A stretch of DNA of 64,000 nucleotides from Takakia lepidozioides (GCA_030704615.1 CM060731.1:18600001-18664000); one strand, 5' to 3'; counted from the first letter of the stretch, positions 1-13,583 are shown. Notes: generated by a model not told the origin, from the letters alone. Made by a program: numbers and translations.

Positions 1-962
1 ACTGCACATTCCCTGGCTCTAGGATGCCTTGTTGCTGCCCTTCCAGGCCCCCGCTCTTGCCACTCCAAGAGCCCTTACACTGCTGAGTTTCAGATTGAAA
101 CTCCAACTCAGCACATGTTTCACAAGTGCACTGACTTGCACAAAAGAGAGACCTGCCCCCTCTCTTCACTCATACCTCTTCATGAGTTTGGAGCTGAAGC
201 TCCCAACGGGCTGCGATGCATCCCCTCGCAGCTCCACCATTCGGCTGCTCCTCATCTACCCGCAACAACTAGTTTCGGGCAGATACCTGGAGCTGATCAT
301 ATCATCTCCAACCTGCAGCATGCTAACTTCCCTTGCACAGCCCACATTCCTGCAGCTTCTTAACTCGGCCTGCAGCTGAAGAAGACGACCACCAATTCGT
401 CCACTCGTGGCCAGCATCTCCTCTGCTTTACATCAAAAGCCCAAACTTGGTTGCCATAGCGTTGAGCTATGCAACGCCGCTCTTCAACAGAGGCTACCCG
501 CCTCTCTATCCATTGCAAACCTGCAACCTGTTCGCCTTGCACTCTATCTGCTTTGGATAGGCTCACGCACGGATCCCTGCACTCGAGGCTGAACTGCTTC
601 TCATGAAAACACAAGTGCTACAAAAACAACTCGAACCCTGGCACTCACAGACTCGAGCTGATCTTTCTCGAGTGATAAGGAAATGAATGATACAAGCACA
701 CAAGCTCTCTCAAACTCCATACTTGCATGAAAACATCACTCATATATTAAGTCGAGCCAAGTGCACCCCACGCCATGGGGAATCCACACTATGGCGCCAT
801 AGCTAGACGCGGTGAGGCTCAACTCGAGAAAGATGAGCCCACCGCGATCTACCGTGAAGATAACAATGCCAAGTGCCCAAACATGTATTGGCCCCTGGAT
901 TGACACTTGGGTCAATCCCAAATATCAATATATAAAAGCTAGCTATTTCCTAGCTAACTTCA
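1..962 (-). mobile_element. Probable LTR-retrotransposon LTR remnant, truncated by the window edge
   Basis: No credible ORF. Ends in ...CTAACTTCA next to an interrupted gene. 605-745 shares ordered motifs (AACACAAGTGCTA, GCACTCACA, TGATCTT, AGTGATAA) with the insertion at 40730-40855, so it is a dispersed repeat. Confidence 0.35.
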
Positions 963-974
963 CACTAGTGGTAA

Positions 975-3579
975 AATAACTTGACAGTTTCCATTGAGAA
1001 TGACCAGGGCGTCACATGGGGCCCCACTGCAGAGGAGCTTTAGAATTGGAGCCCCCACTGGCACACTGTAAATGCCGAGTTCGAAGCCTCTCTGAAGAGT
1101 AATCCCACATTCACACACATGGCAGGGAAGATGTTCTTCGTCTGGGACGGGAACCATAGGATGTTTGCCTGGACAGAGTACATTGCTGAAATGCATCCGC
1201 AAGATATCAATTGGCATTACATGGTGGACTGCATTGTCGTGAAGGTGGACGTGAGGGACAGAGGACGCTGAAGGGTGCCATGGCGGATATAAATGTAAGT
1301 ATACTACTACATCCTTGTGTAGTGCCTATTGCGGCGCCGAAATAGACAATGTTCTTGACTGTCAGCCACTCTATGAACTGGAAATTGAATTGTTGTGCCG
1401 AAATCTGGTTATTTTTGTATCATATTTTCATGTTGTTCATTTTTTTTTTTCTCCATGGCAGGTTAACATGAGAGGGCCTTCGTGGAAACTCACCTGGCAC
1501 ATACGCTTTACAGAGTGCAAGAAGTGGGCACAGCACCGCTGACGGACTTCCAAAATCCCTCGATCCGAGCTGTACGGAAGTCCCTTGCGAAAGCGGATCG
1601 CACCTGGTACCGACCAAACCAACACTGGACGCCATGGTGGAGATCCTCTATTCGGTGAGGTTCATCTCAAATTTCCCGATTTAATGCTATTTGTTGCAGG
1701 GATCAGTGGCCTGACTGTATCCACTGGGTATGGAAATGCAGACGAACATCAGGGATGATTTGGCCTATGCCAAAAGGCAGTTCTTTGAGAGTGATGCCCC
1801 CAACAAGGCGGACGCATCGATAGAGAGTCACATTGTGCAGGCAGGGAGGCAATCACAGACCAAATACAGGTCCAAACTTGTGAAGCAAGTTGCAATCACT
1901 GACCCTGGTCTTGGTGCCGAGTTCCTGGCGGAGATAGGACTGCATTACTCCAGACCCATAAAACCGGAAATGTCCATGGAGAAACTTCATCACATTGCAG
2001 TGTCCTGTGTTGAGCCGGCGGAGAAGGTTAGCATGTGTTTGTTCTTGTTTTGTGTCTTCTTGCGATTCTCATGATGAGGTTCTTTTGTCTGACCGATGTT
2101 AGGCCATGCAGACGAGGTGGCTGCGAATCTGGAACGGCCATACAAACACGAAGCTGCTGTACCACTTTCCCATCGAGCCAACTGACGACAAAATGAACGA
2201 CTGGCTAAATGTGATGACTTGGTGGCATCAGGTATAATGTCCTCTTCTTCTGTGTGTTGGACATCATCGCAATTTCAAATTCATGAATGTTTGGAGACCT
2301 GCAATGCTGTAGGTACTGACACCCGCCAGGAGCAATTAGATTGCAACACCACCACTTTCAAGTTACAGATCGACTGGACGAAACCGGAGACAATGGAGAA
2401 CTACGTGCAGTCCTGGCGAGGGCGCTTCGCAAACCTCTTTTTCAGAGAAATTGCAAAAGCAAGACCCAGCGTGTACATCGAAGAGCAGGAGGGTGCCGAC
2501 AAAGCGGCAATGCAAGTCCTGTTCAGGTAATCTGCTGCGAATTCATCCCCCTATTGGCAGTTTTGAGAATTTAGCCAAATAGCGGTGGGTATTGAGGCGC
2601 CGAATATCCCTCTGCAAGATGTGAATGCTGGGTAATTGGGGCACGCTCCATTGCATATTTCGGTGCCGAAATACCTTCTGCATCCAGAACTTTCTCTTGC
2701 ATGATGCATCAGTAGCATGATTTTTGTTGAATTGGCTCGTGATTGCAGGTACATAAATCTTGCTCTCATTCCGTCCGGAGCCATTCAAAGGGTTCCACCA
2801 TTCTTCCTAGCGTGGAGGACACTTGGAGGTCGTGGTACGATGTACACAGAAGTAATGGCGAAGGAGTGGCATGTCGAGCATTTGGTAGACTGTCCCTGGT
2901 ATGTGGATCTCCCAAGTGGGACCGTTGACCTCTTGGAGGTTAACTTGAAGAAGGAAGCAAATGCCCGGGCTATGAAGGCGCATTTGGATCCCCAACCAGA
3001 GGACGCGGAAAAACTGAAAGCAGAGGAGGCAGCAAAGAAGAAAACACTGAGAAAGTCAGCCAAGGCGGCAGCGTTGGCAAAGGAGCAGATGGAGAAGTAG
3101 GCAGCAGAGCAGCCCAAGGACAGGAAGAAAAGAACGCGCAAACAGGGGCAAGAGATGAACAGCCCCACACCCAAGAAGAAGAAGCAGCAACATAGTCAGC
3201 CAGATGACGAGGATTCCGACGACGATTTCCAGCAGGATAACACCCAGGGGGCCACACCTCATGCGAAAATTCACAAGGGCCAGCGCTCCGGGGGTTGAGC
3301 TGCAAAGAGATCACTATACGAGGATGCACGTGTCAGACCCTACCGTGCGGTGCACATTGCGGGCAGGGAAGTCCTCAAAACACCCACAATTGTGGAGTGT
3401 GTTAATGAAAATTTCCCTAACTGCTTTGACTAGAAGGCTGGAGAAAATGAGATTGAGGAAGGCGATCGAGGCCCACTAGGGGAAGGGGAAGAGGAAGGCC
3501 ACTGGCAATGATATCGAGGACACTCCCGGCTACACAAAGATGATGGAGTATTTTGTGGCGATGAGCCACGGCAAAAAGA
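975..3579 (+). pseudogene. Spliced, decayed gene with a ParB/sulfiredoxin-like DGNHR motif, probably TE-associated; truncated at both ends by insertions
   Basis: Manual translation gives LTVSIENDQG...WSPHWHTVNAEFE...GKMFFVWDGNHRMFAW (DGNHR at 1146-1160). GT-AG introns at 1295-1461, ~1654-1699, 2027-2102, 2232-2312 and 2527-2748; the 2027-2102 and 2527-2748 junctions keep the frame. K/E-rich tail with PKKKK. In-frame TAG at 1041 and 3098 plus frameshifts. Confidence 0.6.
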
Positions 3580-4422
3580 CACTACAGGAAAAGGGGGGCC
3601 TTTGCAACGCCCGAGCCACGCCGCAACGTCGGGAAAACGCCCTTTTCGGGCAGGGGGCAGGCGCAGAATTTGCGACGCCCAGCCGTCGTCCGGCAGTCGC
3701 ATGGGCGTCGCCAAAATGACGTCGCAAAAATGCGACGTATGGGGGGTCGCGAGCCCCGTCCCAACTGCCGGACGTCGCTTTTCAGGCCGTGCACGCTGAT
3801 GGCAGGGGCTCCATCGAGCGACGTCTCACCGTTGCGGCCCTCCAGTCGACGGCGTTGGTGGGGGCGCTGGCGCGGCGTCGCATCCCCTTTTTTTTTTAAC
3901 CTGCCCGGGAGTCCCATCATAAAACCCAAAAACACGTGGCGTAAGCCGGGTGGTATGCCAATGCGTCGCTGCAAGCGACTATTGGGCGTGGCAAAAAAAC
4001 AGCAGGAGCAGGAGTCGGGCTCCGCCACGCCCGGGCGTGGGTTTTGGCGACGCTCTGGCGTCGCTTTTTTTATATTTAATCCAAAAAAAAAAGGATGAGG
4101 CTCAGGCAGGGTGCGGGCTACGCGACGCCAAGGTGTTGCAGCTTGCAACCCCCGGACCAAAAAAACACGTCGCAGGGGGTGTCGGGGGTTGCCGCCCGCA
4201 AATGGGATTGGCGACGCCCGACTGTCACGGCGTGCGACCCCCGTTCCATTTCTCTGATTTAGCAGGTACACAATTGAGCAAGCATGAATCGAGGGTAAGG
4301 ACGGTGCGACACATGAATAAGATGGAAGATGGAAAGATGGAAATATATTTACAGGAAATGAGCTGAAAAGCTCACAAGGGTTCAATAGGCTGACCCTGGG
4401 ACCTACATGGACTAGGACTAGT
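3580..4422. mobile_element. CACTA (En/Spm) element 1, left terminus and subterminal repeats; continues after 23350
   Basis: Starts CACTACAGGAAAAGGGGG, followed by many GCGACGCC/GGCGTCGC motifs in both orientations over 3600-4230. Matching right end not found in the window. Confidence 0.7.
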
Positions 4423-4911
4423 CACTAGAAGAAAAACGCGGAATAACCACTCTGTTAACCACTCATTTTGAGTGGTAAAAGACACTAAACCACTCTGGCC
4501 TCAGAGTGATAAAGAACCAATGCATTCGGACAAGTGAGTGGTAAAAGACATTACGTGGCACTAGTGGTTAAAGACAGTGGTTCGAACCACTCACGTCCGG
4601 GTCCACCTGTTAGCTGACGTGTCACAGTGGTAAATTAACCATTGTGACAGGTCAATGACGTGTCACTGAGGTAAACCAACCACTTATGACGTGTCACAGT
4701 GGTAAACTGACGTGTCATAGTGGTAAAGTAACCACTTCCATTTTGTAGTGGAGACGTGTAAGCTGGTGGTCCGTGGATGATATTGGAGATTATGTCAACA
4801 CGTGGCAACACTCTCAGCATGGACACGTGTCGTGTGTCAGTGCTACGAAATGGATGGAGTGAAAAATTCAATGACTTCTGAAACCACTTGTGAGTGTGAC
4901 ACAAAATGACT
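4423..4911. repeat. Left subterminal repeats of CACTA 2 (resume at 17621-18010 after the retroelement)
   Basis: Dense ACCACT/AGTGGT motifs and several TGACGTGTCA-containing units at 4615-4730. Confidence 0.75.
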
Positions 4912-4916
4912 CATAG

Positions 4917-5632
4917 TGTCGCGGCCCTTTGCCTTGAGGGCAGGGGGTCAGGACACAAGAGGGGCTGCCCCTGTGGTGGGGGCAGTGGCAGCGATAGGTA
5001 TGGGGGCGAAGCACCCTTGAGTGCCCAAGGCACTCAAGGAGGCGGAGGCGCTCACTAGGTGGAGCCCCGCACACCGGGTTGCGGTGGGGGTGGCTCCACA
5101 AGGGGGTGGTGGTAGCTTAGCGGGACTTAGTGGGGGTGGCATAGGACTCACCCTGGGGCGGAGACTCGCGTGGGAGTCGTGGGGAGTCTTGGGACTCATC
5201 ATGGTCCATAGGGGCCGTGGTGGGTGGGCCAAGACTCACCGCGACTCATCACCGGGAGTCGAGGGTGTTCGTGGTGGTTCGCCATAAAATGGCATGGTTG
5301 TTTGTGAAACCCCCGCGGACAGCTACAGAAGTATATATGGGAGTAGTAACCCGAGAACGGTGCAAGCCCGTTGGTGACCAAAACTAGTGAGTAAGCGAGC
5401 GAGCCGGAAAGCGACCAAAGAGTGGGGAGCTGTTCCGGACTGCCAACTACCAAAGGGAATTCCGCTGGTTAAATCGTTGGAGGGTTCTTTGGGAGATCAA
5501 GGGGGGACCGTTATGTCCCGGTGAGCAGCCGAAGCTCCAAGTTGGCCCGGCGGCCAGGTTGGGAGTTAGGCGCGCGCATCAAAGCGAGTAACTATGACTT
5601 GAGGGGAGCTTACCGAAGTGAGGTGCGCGACA
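4917..5632 (+). repeat. 5' LTR of outer chromovirus copy
   Basis: TG...CA, 716 bp, near-identical to 16890-17615, followed by the PBS. Confidence 0.93.
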
Positions 5633-5634
5633 CT

Positions 5635-5646
5635 TGGTATCAGAGC
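5635..5646 (+). promoter_or_regulatory. Primer-binding site, tRNA-iMet
   Basis: TGGTATCAGAGC two bases after the LTR end. Confidence 0.9.
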
Positions 5647-5857
5647 TTAGAGTTCAGTACGATCGTCCTTGGGATTGGCCTCATCATGGGGGTCGGGCAA
5701 GCCAAAGCGAAAGCGGAACGGCCCAAAGATGATGATCCTGGTGAGCCCGATGGGGGCGACGTGTCACGAGGCGGCCGTTTGAGGAAGCGATGCATGTTTC
5801 CGAAACGAGGCCGCTCAAGAGCGGGAGGAATCTGAGGAGTCGGAGCCTGAGGAATCC

Positions 5858-8800
5858 TTGAGAGCTCCGACCGACCAACAGATGTCTCCCATGCCAGCAG
5901 CCTTTTGGGAAGGGTTGTTGGCGCAATTTGGCGGGACGTTGAAAGACGTGTTGAAGGCGGCTAATGCCACTTCCACTAAGGCAAAGTTTAAGGTGAAGCC
6001 GAAGGAACCCGACACCTTCGAGGGCGTCCGAAATCGAAAGGCACTCAACACCTGGCTCTTGGAGCTAGAGCAGTACTTCCGGGCGGCCAAGTTGAGTGAC
6101 GAGGATCGGGTGGAAGTGGCTCCCACCTATTTGAGGGGCTATGCTCAACAATGGTGGCAGAAACGCCTTCACGACCGAGGTCCAAGCCCGAAACCTTGAA
6201 CTGGAGGGTTCAAGGAATTGATGAAGAGGCAGTTTGTGCCCCTCAACGCGTCCTGGCTCGCCCGGGACAAGATGAGGAATTTGAAGCAAACAGATGACAT
6301 TCGAGGATATGTCCAGGCTTTCAATGTGCTGTTGCTTGAAATCGCGGACATGGCAGAACCAGAAATGGTCTTCAACTTTGTGGCGGGACTCGCCCCATGG
6401 GCCAGGCGGAAGTTGGAGGAGAAGCCACCTAAGACTTTGAACGAGGCAATTGAGAGGGCTGAATGTTTCTCGGATGTCCCTAAGGGTGAAAGACAAGGCC
6501 GTACGGAGCTGAACCACAAGAAGACCCGGCGGGAAGGTGACTCTTCCGACCGGAAAAGAAGTGGGATAGGCCACGCGGCGAACAATGGCATGTGGAAATC
6601 GAAGGGAGAGCCTTCACAAGTCAAGGCGGCACCCGATGCTTTGAAAGGAAAAGCGGGTAGAGCGGCTTATGGCGGACAGAAGGCGACCTTTGATGGAGTG
6701 TGTTTCAATTGCGGGGAGCCCGGGCACATGGCCAAGAAGTGCACGAAGCCCCGGCAATTGAACATGACTCGGGCGACCACAGAGCTGTCGGAAGATACCA
6801 TCAGTCGCTTGGTGGAAGGGGTGGTCGCCAGGACTTGCAAGGTAGGCAAATTTTCTTGTGAGTTGTATCAGGAAACTGGCGCCTTACGTAAAGGGAGTCA
6901 GTTATTGTTCGTGGATAGGATAATATCCAGAACTAACGTGTCGTTGTTGGTGGACACAAGAGCGTCGCACTCCTTCATGACACCGGCAACAGCACAAAAG
7001 GGACTCCGACAAGTGACATGGGGGCCTCTATTGAGGTGCGTTCTGCCAAAGGAGAACCGCAATTGGCGACGAGGTTGGCGTTTGATGTTCCTCTTCAACT
7101 GGGGAGTTGGGAGGGACGTGAGAACTTCACCATCTGCGAGATCGATGGAGTGGATCTCATTTTGGGGATGACCTTTTTGAGCAAATCCGGAGCGGTCATA
7201 GATGGCCGCAAGAGAGTAGTCACGCTGCCATGTGGGAATGGTGGCGAGGTCTTACGAGTGTCGAAACGCCCAAACCCGTGGGAGGGCGAATAAACCTCCT
7301 GTCAGCAAGGGAGTGGGCCGTGGAGGAGGCACACGAACCTCAATTTTTGCTCTATATTAGAGAAGCAAAGGGAGAAGGCGATGGGGAGCCGAGCCCAGAT
7401 TGGATCAAGGGGATTTTGGAGAAATACCAGGATGTGATGCCGGAGGATTTACCAAGCGGCTTGCCACCGCGAAGAGGAGTTGACCACAAGATTGAGGTGA
7501 TACCGGGATCGGAACCGCCTGCCAAGGCGCCCCTACCGGTTTGAGCCACAGAGAGTTGGTCGAGCTGAAGACTCAGCTCAAGGATCTAATGTCAAAGGGA
7601 AACATCCGGCCGAGTATGTCACCTTACGGAGCCCCGGTGCTATTCGCAGACAAGAAGGATGGGACGCTGCGGATGTGTGTCGATTACAGGGCTTTGAATA
7701 AGGTGACTATAAAAAACCGGTACCCTTTGCCAAGGATTGACGACCTTTTTGATCGGTTGGCAGGAGCGAAGTATTTCAGCCGGATTGATCTGCGCTCCGG
7801 CTATCATCAAATTCGAGTGGCGGAAGGAGATGAGGAAGAAGACCGCGTGCAGGACAAGATATGGTTCATATGAGTTCTTGGTGATGCCTTTTGGACTCAC
7901 CAACACTCCCGCGACCTTTAGCACACTGATGCAGAGCCTTTTCCAGGAGTGGTTGGATGACTTTGTGATCGTGTACATCGACGACATCTTGGTGTACTCG
8001 AAAACAAAGGAGGAGCACCTGGAGCACCTCAAAAGGGTGTTCCAGAAATTGCGAGAAGGGAAGCTGTATGCCAAAGCTTCAAAGTGCGAATTCGGGGTCA
8101 CAAAAGTGGAGTTCTTGGGGCATGTGATTACACAGGATGAGATCAAAATGGATGACAGAAAGGTGAGGGCGATCTTGGACTGGGAGCCTCCGACTTCGGT
8201 CCCGGGAGTGCGATCCTTCCTAGGACTTGCCTATTACCGGAAGTGTGAGAAATTTCGCCAAGATTGCGGGGCCGCTGTCAGACCTTCTGTGTAAATCTAA
8301 AGTCTGGGCATGGAACACCTTTTGTGGCCAAGCTTTTGCTGAATTGAAGCAGCGGATGGCGGAAGCTCCAATCTTGAAAATCCCGGAGTTCGATCGTCCA
8401 TTTGAGATTCATACAGATGCGTCGGACTTCGTGATTGGGGGAGTACTTATGCAAGATGGACGTCCAGTGGCTTACGAAAGTAAGAAGAAACTGAATGAAG
8501 TGGAGCGACGGTGGCCGACGCACGAAAAAGAGATGAAGGCGGTGGTGCATTGCCTTGAGCTTTGGCACCACTATGTTGGTTCCAACCCAGTGAAGGTGTT
8601 CACGGACAATGTCACGGTGAAGTATTTTGCCACGCAGCCCAAGTTGTCCCCAAAACAACTTAGGTGGCAAGATACTTTGGCAGTGTTCGACGTGGATATC
8701 CAGTACAAACCGGGACGGGACAACGTGGTGGCCGTTGCCTTAAGTAGAAAGCAGCAGTTTTTGTTGGTGTATAGGGGCGAGACGGCGCTCCAAAGGAAGA

Positions 8801-9025
8801 TCCGGAAGGCTTGCCGGAAGGATGAACTGGCAAAGTCCGTGATGCAGGACTTGAGGATGGGGGTTAAATCGCAGTTCCACTTGCAAAATGGACTGCTCCG
8901 GTATAAGCAAAAGCGTCTCTACGTGCCGAAGGGAGGGATCAGAGATAGCCTCTTGAGAGAATGCCATGATAGCCCGCTTGCGGGTCACGACGGAGCCAAG
9001 CGCACTACGGCACTCTTGAAGAAAG
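5858..9025 (+). pseudogene. Chromovirus gag-pol (Gag, CCHC knuckle, protease, RT, RNase H, integrase N-terminus), frameshifted and truncated
   Basis: [37 protein letters not shown] and HDSPLAGH spread over seven ORF pieces. Ends abruptly at an inverted LTR. Confidence 0.92.
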
Positions 9026-9752
9026 TGTCGCGCACCCCACTTCGGTAAACTCCCCTTCAAGTCATAGTTACTTGCTTTGATGCGCGCGCCTGACTCCCAA
9101 CCTGGCCGCCCGGGCCAACTTGGAGCTTCGGCTGCTCACCGGGACATAACGGTCCCCTTTCGCTTCCCTCTAAAACCCTCCACCTAATTGGGACTAGGAG
9201 AATTCCCTTTGGTAGATGGCAGTCCGGAACAGCTCCCCACTCTTTGGTCGCTTTCCGGCTCGCTCGCTTACTCACTAGCTTTTGGTCACCAACGGGCTTG
9301 CACCGTTCTCGGGGTTACTACTCCCTATATATACTTCTGTAGCTGTCCGCGGGGTTTTCACAACCAGTCATGCCATTTTATGGCGAACCACCACGAAGAC
9401 CCTCGATTCCCGGTGGTGAGTCGCGGTGAGTCTTGGCCCACTCACCACGGCCCCTATGGACCGTGATGAGTCCCAAGACTCCCCATGACTCCCACCACGA
9501 GGTCTCTGCCCCCATGGTGAGTCCTATGCCACCCCCACTAAGTCCCACTAAGCTACCACCACCCCTTGTGGAGCCACCCCCCACCGCAACCGGTGTGCGG
9601 GGCTCCACCTAGTGAGCGCCTCCGCTTCCCTGAGTGCCTTGGGCACTCAAGGGTGCCTCAGCCCCCCATACCTATCGCTGCCACTGCCCCCAGCACAGGG
9701 GCAGCCCCTCATGTGTCCCGACCCCCTGCCCTCAAGGCAAAGGGCCGCAACA
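9026..9752 (-). repeat. 3' LTR of inner inverted chromovirus copy
   Basis: Reverse complement of the LTR. Carries the variant block CTCCTAGTCCCAATTAGG shared only with 14483-15204. Confidence 0.92.
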
Positions 9753-10584
9753 CACACCCCTACCAACAGGGAGTCGATGTCCTCATCGACTTGTCCATTT
9801 TGTAGAAACGAACATCCAAGTTGTGGCGTCCCACATCAAGGAGTTTGTTTCTGTACCATGGCGTCCCATGGCAAAGAACCAAACCCCACACTTGACTCTA
9901 CTCTCCACTAGCTAGTTCGGCCGACTTCCTCCAAGTCCCGGCCAAGGGTGGAGCCTCTCCAGCTCCTCCCAGTGCACTCTTCTTGGCCTACTTCAAGGTC
10001 AAGGAACGATCCTCCCCGAGGATCGAATCGCCTTACTGCAACAACATTGCTTGCGATCGCTCATGATGCCGCTTTTGGCATCACCTTGAGCAAGGGTTCA
10101 CCTGGAACCCTCTTTGACTAGGAAGATAACCTTGAAACAACTGTGCGCCCCAATCACTATTATCACGATTATAGTACGTGAACGGAAGCACGTAGCTTCC
10201 GCGTTAGCCCGCACTACAAGGCAACCCCCTCGGTAGCGCAGTTATAGTACGCGCACGCGCCAGGTGCGCACTAGCACGTGAACTCCCAAAGAAGGCGCAA
10301 GTTTCCTTGCCCCTTGGATGGGGGTCACCCGATTTCGGCACTGCGCAAACACACGATTAACCCAATTTACCTCTCCCACTTTTGTAAGCTAGCATGTATT
10401 TTACACACTAGCCAACCACACCATGCATCACCATTCCAAACACAATAGGACGCACAATATTTGGAACCCATTTCCTTTATAACAAATTTTTGTACAATAC
10501 AAGTTTTTGCAATCGGATTCCTGAGCTAGCTAAACCGGGCTTAGCATGCATTTCCTCCCCCACGCTCCAAGGTTGATGTCCCCA

Positions 10585-12090
10585 TCAACGCTTCTTCCGC
10601 TTTTGAGGTCGCCCTTCGAAAACTGCAACCGCCTCGGATGCGTTTCCCATTTCTGAGGCACGCACCCAAGATGCCTCCACATGATGATAGCCCTTCCATT
10701 TGACGAGATACTCCGTTTCTCGGTTCCTGAACCTCCTCGACTTAAGTATTGCCTCCACCTCGTACTCAGGTTCATTTTCATGATCCAACAGCATAGGTGG
10801 CGGACGCAACACTTGATGCCGATTCGGACGCGCTTCATCTTTGAAGTAAGGCTTCAAAAGGGGGACATGGAATACTGGGTGCACCTTGCTGTTTGCCGGC
10901 AGCTCCAATTCATACACATCCTCATTCATAACCTTCCGAATGCGAAAGGGTCCTGCATACGGAGGCACGAACTTTGGACTCACTTCCGGAGGTAGTCGGA
11001 AATTCTTGATGTTCAACCAGACCTCTGTGCCTGCCTCAAACTTCACTTCCCTCCGCTTCCGATTCGCCTGCCTTTCATACCGTTTCCTAGCTTTGGCAAT
11101 ATTGTACTTTGCGAGCTTCAACAAACGCTCGTTCTTCCAGTTCCTCGCTACTGCCGGTTCCTCAACGTCCTGGGCGGCCCAACTTGTCGGCACCAGAGGT
11201 GATTTTCCATAGACCAACACGAAAGGGGAAACTCCCGTTGCGGAGTGTTCTGTGTTATTATAACAGAACTCTGCCGTGTCTAAGTGTTCCATCCAGTCTG
11301 ATTGGTCTGCCGACACGTAATTCCGCAAGAATTGCTTCACTACGGAATTCACTCTTTCCGTTTGGCCGTCCGTCGTAGGTCGGAAGGCGCTGCTCATCTT
11401 CAGCCTCGTCCCCATCTTCTTCCAAAGTGCTCTCCAGAATTTACTCGTAAACTTTGGATCGCGGTCCGAGACAATATCCTTCGGGACTCCATGATGCTTT
11501 AAGACGTGGGCGAAGTAAAGTCGCCCTGTCTCCTGCGCGTTGCCGTCTCCTTGGTGGGGGAAGAAATGGCCCATTTTACTGAACCTATCTACCACCACCA
11601 TGATTGCATCGAATCTTTTTGACAGCGGCATAGCAGTCATGAAATCCATCGAGACGTTTTTTCCCCTCTGGAATCGGCAAGGGTTGTAACAGCCCCGCTT
11701 GCTTTTTGTACTCGTTCCGGTTTTGTTGGCATGTGGTGCATGTCTTGACATACTCCTCTGCCTCCTCCCTCAGTTTGGGCCAGAAATACTCTTTCTTCAA
11801 GAGTGCCGCAATGCGCTTGGCTCCACCGTGGCCCGCAAGCGGGCTATCATGGCATTCTCTCAAGAGACTATCCCTGATCCCTCCCTTCGGCACGTAGAGA
11901 CGCTTTTGCTTGTACCGGAGCAGTCCATTTTGCAAGTGGAACTGCGATTTAACCCCCATCCTCAAGTCCTGCATCACGGACTTCGCCAGCTCATCCTTCC
12001 GGCAAGCCTTCCGGATCTTCCTTTGGAGTGCCGTCTCGCCCTTGTACACTAACAAGAGCTGCTGCTTTCTACTTAAAGCATCGGCCACCA
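10585..12090 (-). pseudogene. Integrase plus chromodomain of inner inverted copy
   Basis: HHCC zinc finger, SMDF/VSDRD/QTERVN DDE core, GPF motif, chromodomain EYEVEAILKSRR...YLVKWKGY...ASW. One frameshift. Confidence 0.92.
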
Positions 12091-13583
12091 CATGCAGGAC
12101 AAGGTATGGTTCATATAAGTTCTTGGTGATGCCTTTTGGGCTCACCAATGCACGAGCGACATTTAGCACGCTGATGAACAGCCTTTTTCAGGAGTGGTTG
12201 GATGACTTTGTGATCGTGTACATCGACGACATCTTGGTGTACTCGAAAACAAAGGAGGAGCACGTGGAGCACCTCAAAAGGGTGTTCCAGAAATTGCGAG
12301 AAGGGAAGCTGTATGCCAAAGCTTCAAAGTGCGAATTCGGGGTCACAAAAGTGGAGTTCTTGGGGCATGTGATTACACAGGATGAGATCAAAATGGATGA
12401 CAGAAAGGTGAGGGCGATCTTGGACTGGGAGCCTCCGACTTCGGTCCCGGGAGTGCGATCCTTCCTAGGACTCGCCTCCTATTACCGGAAGTATGTGAGA
12501 AATTTCGCCAAGATTGCGGGGCCGCTGTCATACCTTCTGTGTAAATCTAAAGTCTGGGCATGGAACATCTTTTGTGGCCAAGCTTTTGCTGAATTGAAGC
12601 AGCGGATGGCGGAAGCTCCAATCTTGAAAATCCCGGAGTTCGATCGTCCATTTGAGATTCATACAGATGCGTCGGACTTCGTGATTGGGGGAGTACTTAT
12701 GCAAGATGGACGTCCAGTGGCTTACGAAAGTAAGAAACTGAATGAAGTGGAGCGCCGGTGGCCGACGCACGAAAAAGAGATGAAGGCGGTGGTGCATTGC
12801 CTTGAGCTTTGGCGCCACTATGTTGGTTCCAACCCAGTGAAGGTGTTCACGGACAATGTCACGGTGAAGTGAAGTATTTTGCCACGCAGCCCAAGTTGTC
12901 CCCAAAACAACTTAGGTGGCAAGATACTTTGGCAGTGTTCGACGTGGATATCCAGTACAAACCGGGATGGGACAATGTGGTGGCCGATGCTTTAAGTAGA
13001 AAGCAGCAGCTCTTGTTGGTGTACAAGGGCGAGACGGCGCTCCAAAGGAAGATCCGGAAGGCTTGTCAGAAGGATGAGCTAGGAAACGGTATGAAAGGCA
13101 GGCGAATCGGAAGCGGAGGGAAGTGAAGTTTGAGGCAGGCACAGAGGTCTGGTTGAACATCAAGAATTTCCGACTACCTACGGAAGTGAGTCCAAAGTTC
13201 GTACCCCCGTATGCGGGACCCTTTCGCATTCGGAAGGTTATGAATGAGGATGTGTATGAATTGGAGCTGCCAGCAAACAGCAAGGTGCACCCAGTATTCC
13301 ATGTCTCTGTTTTGAAGCCTTACTTCAAAGATGAAGCGCGTCCGAATCGGCATCAAGTGTTGCGTCCGCCACCTATGCTATTGGATCATGAAAATGAACC
13401 TGAGTACGAGGTGGAGGCAATACTTAAGTCGAGGAGGTTCAAGAACCGAGAAACGGAGTATCTCGTCAAATGGAAGGGCTATCATCATGTGGAGGCATCT
13501 TGGGTGCGTGCCTCAGAAATGGGAAACGCATCCGAGGCGGTTGCAGTTTTCGAAGGGCGACCTCAAAGCGGAAGAAGCGTTGA
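12091..13583 (+). pseudogene. RT-RNase H fragment joined by an internal deletion to integrase C-terminus/chromodomain (inner forward copy)
   Basis: Near-identical to 7846-8830. Jumps at AGCT (13077-13080) to the ARKRYERQ segment of integrase. Confidence 0.9.

Noticed and set aside
963-980. CACTAGTGGTAAAA as another CACTA terminus
   Set aside because: No subterminal repeats or matching end, and coding-like sequence follows immediately.
3530-4385. Overlapping 65-267 aa ORFs
   Set aside because: GC-rich CACTA subterminal repeats. The translations are low-complexity with no domain.
5858-9048. Programmed ribosomal frameshifts in gag-pol
   Set aside because: Too many shifts, often in homopolymers and not shared with the duplicate at 12091-13080. 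Decay or sequencing error explains them.
11585-12872. ORFs 11585-12169 and 11910-12872 as novel fusion proteins
   Set aside because: They merely cross the inversion junction at ~12091, with antisense-derived N-termini.
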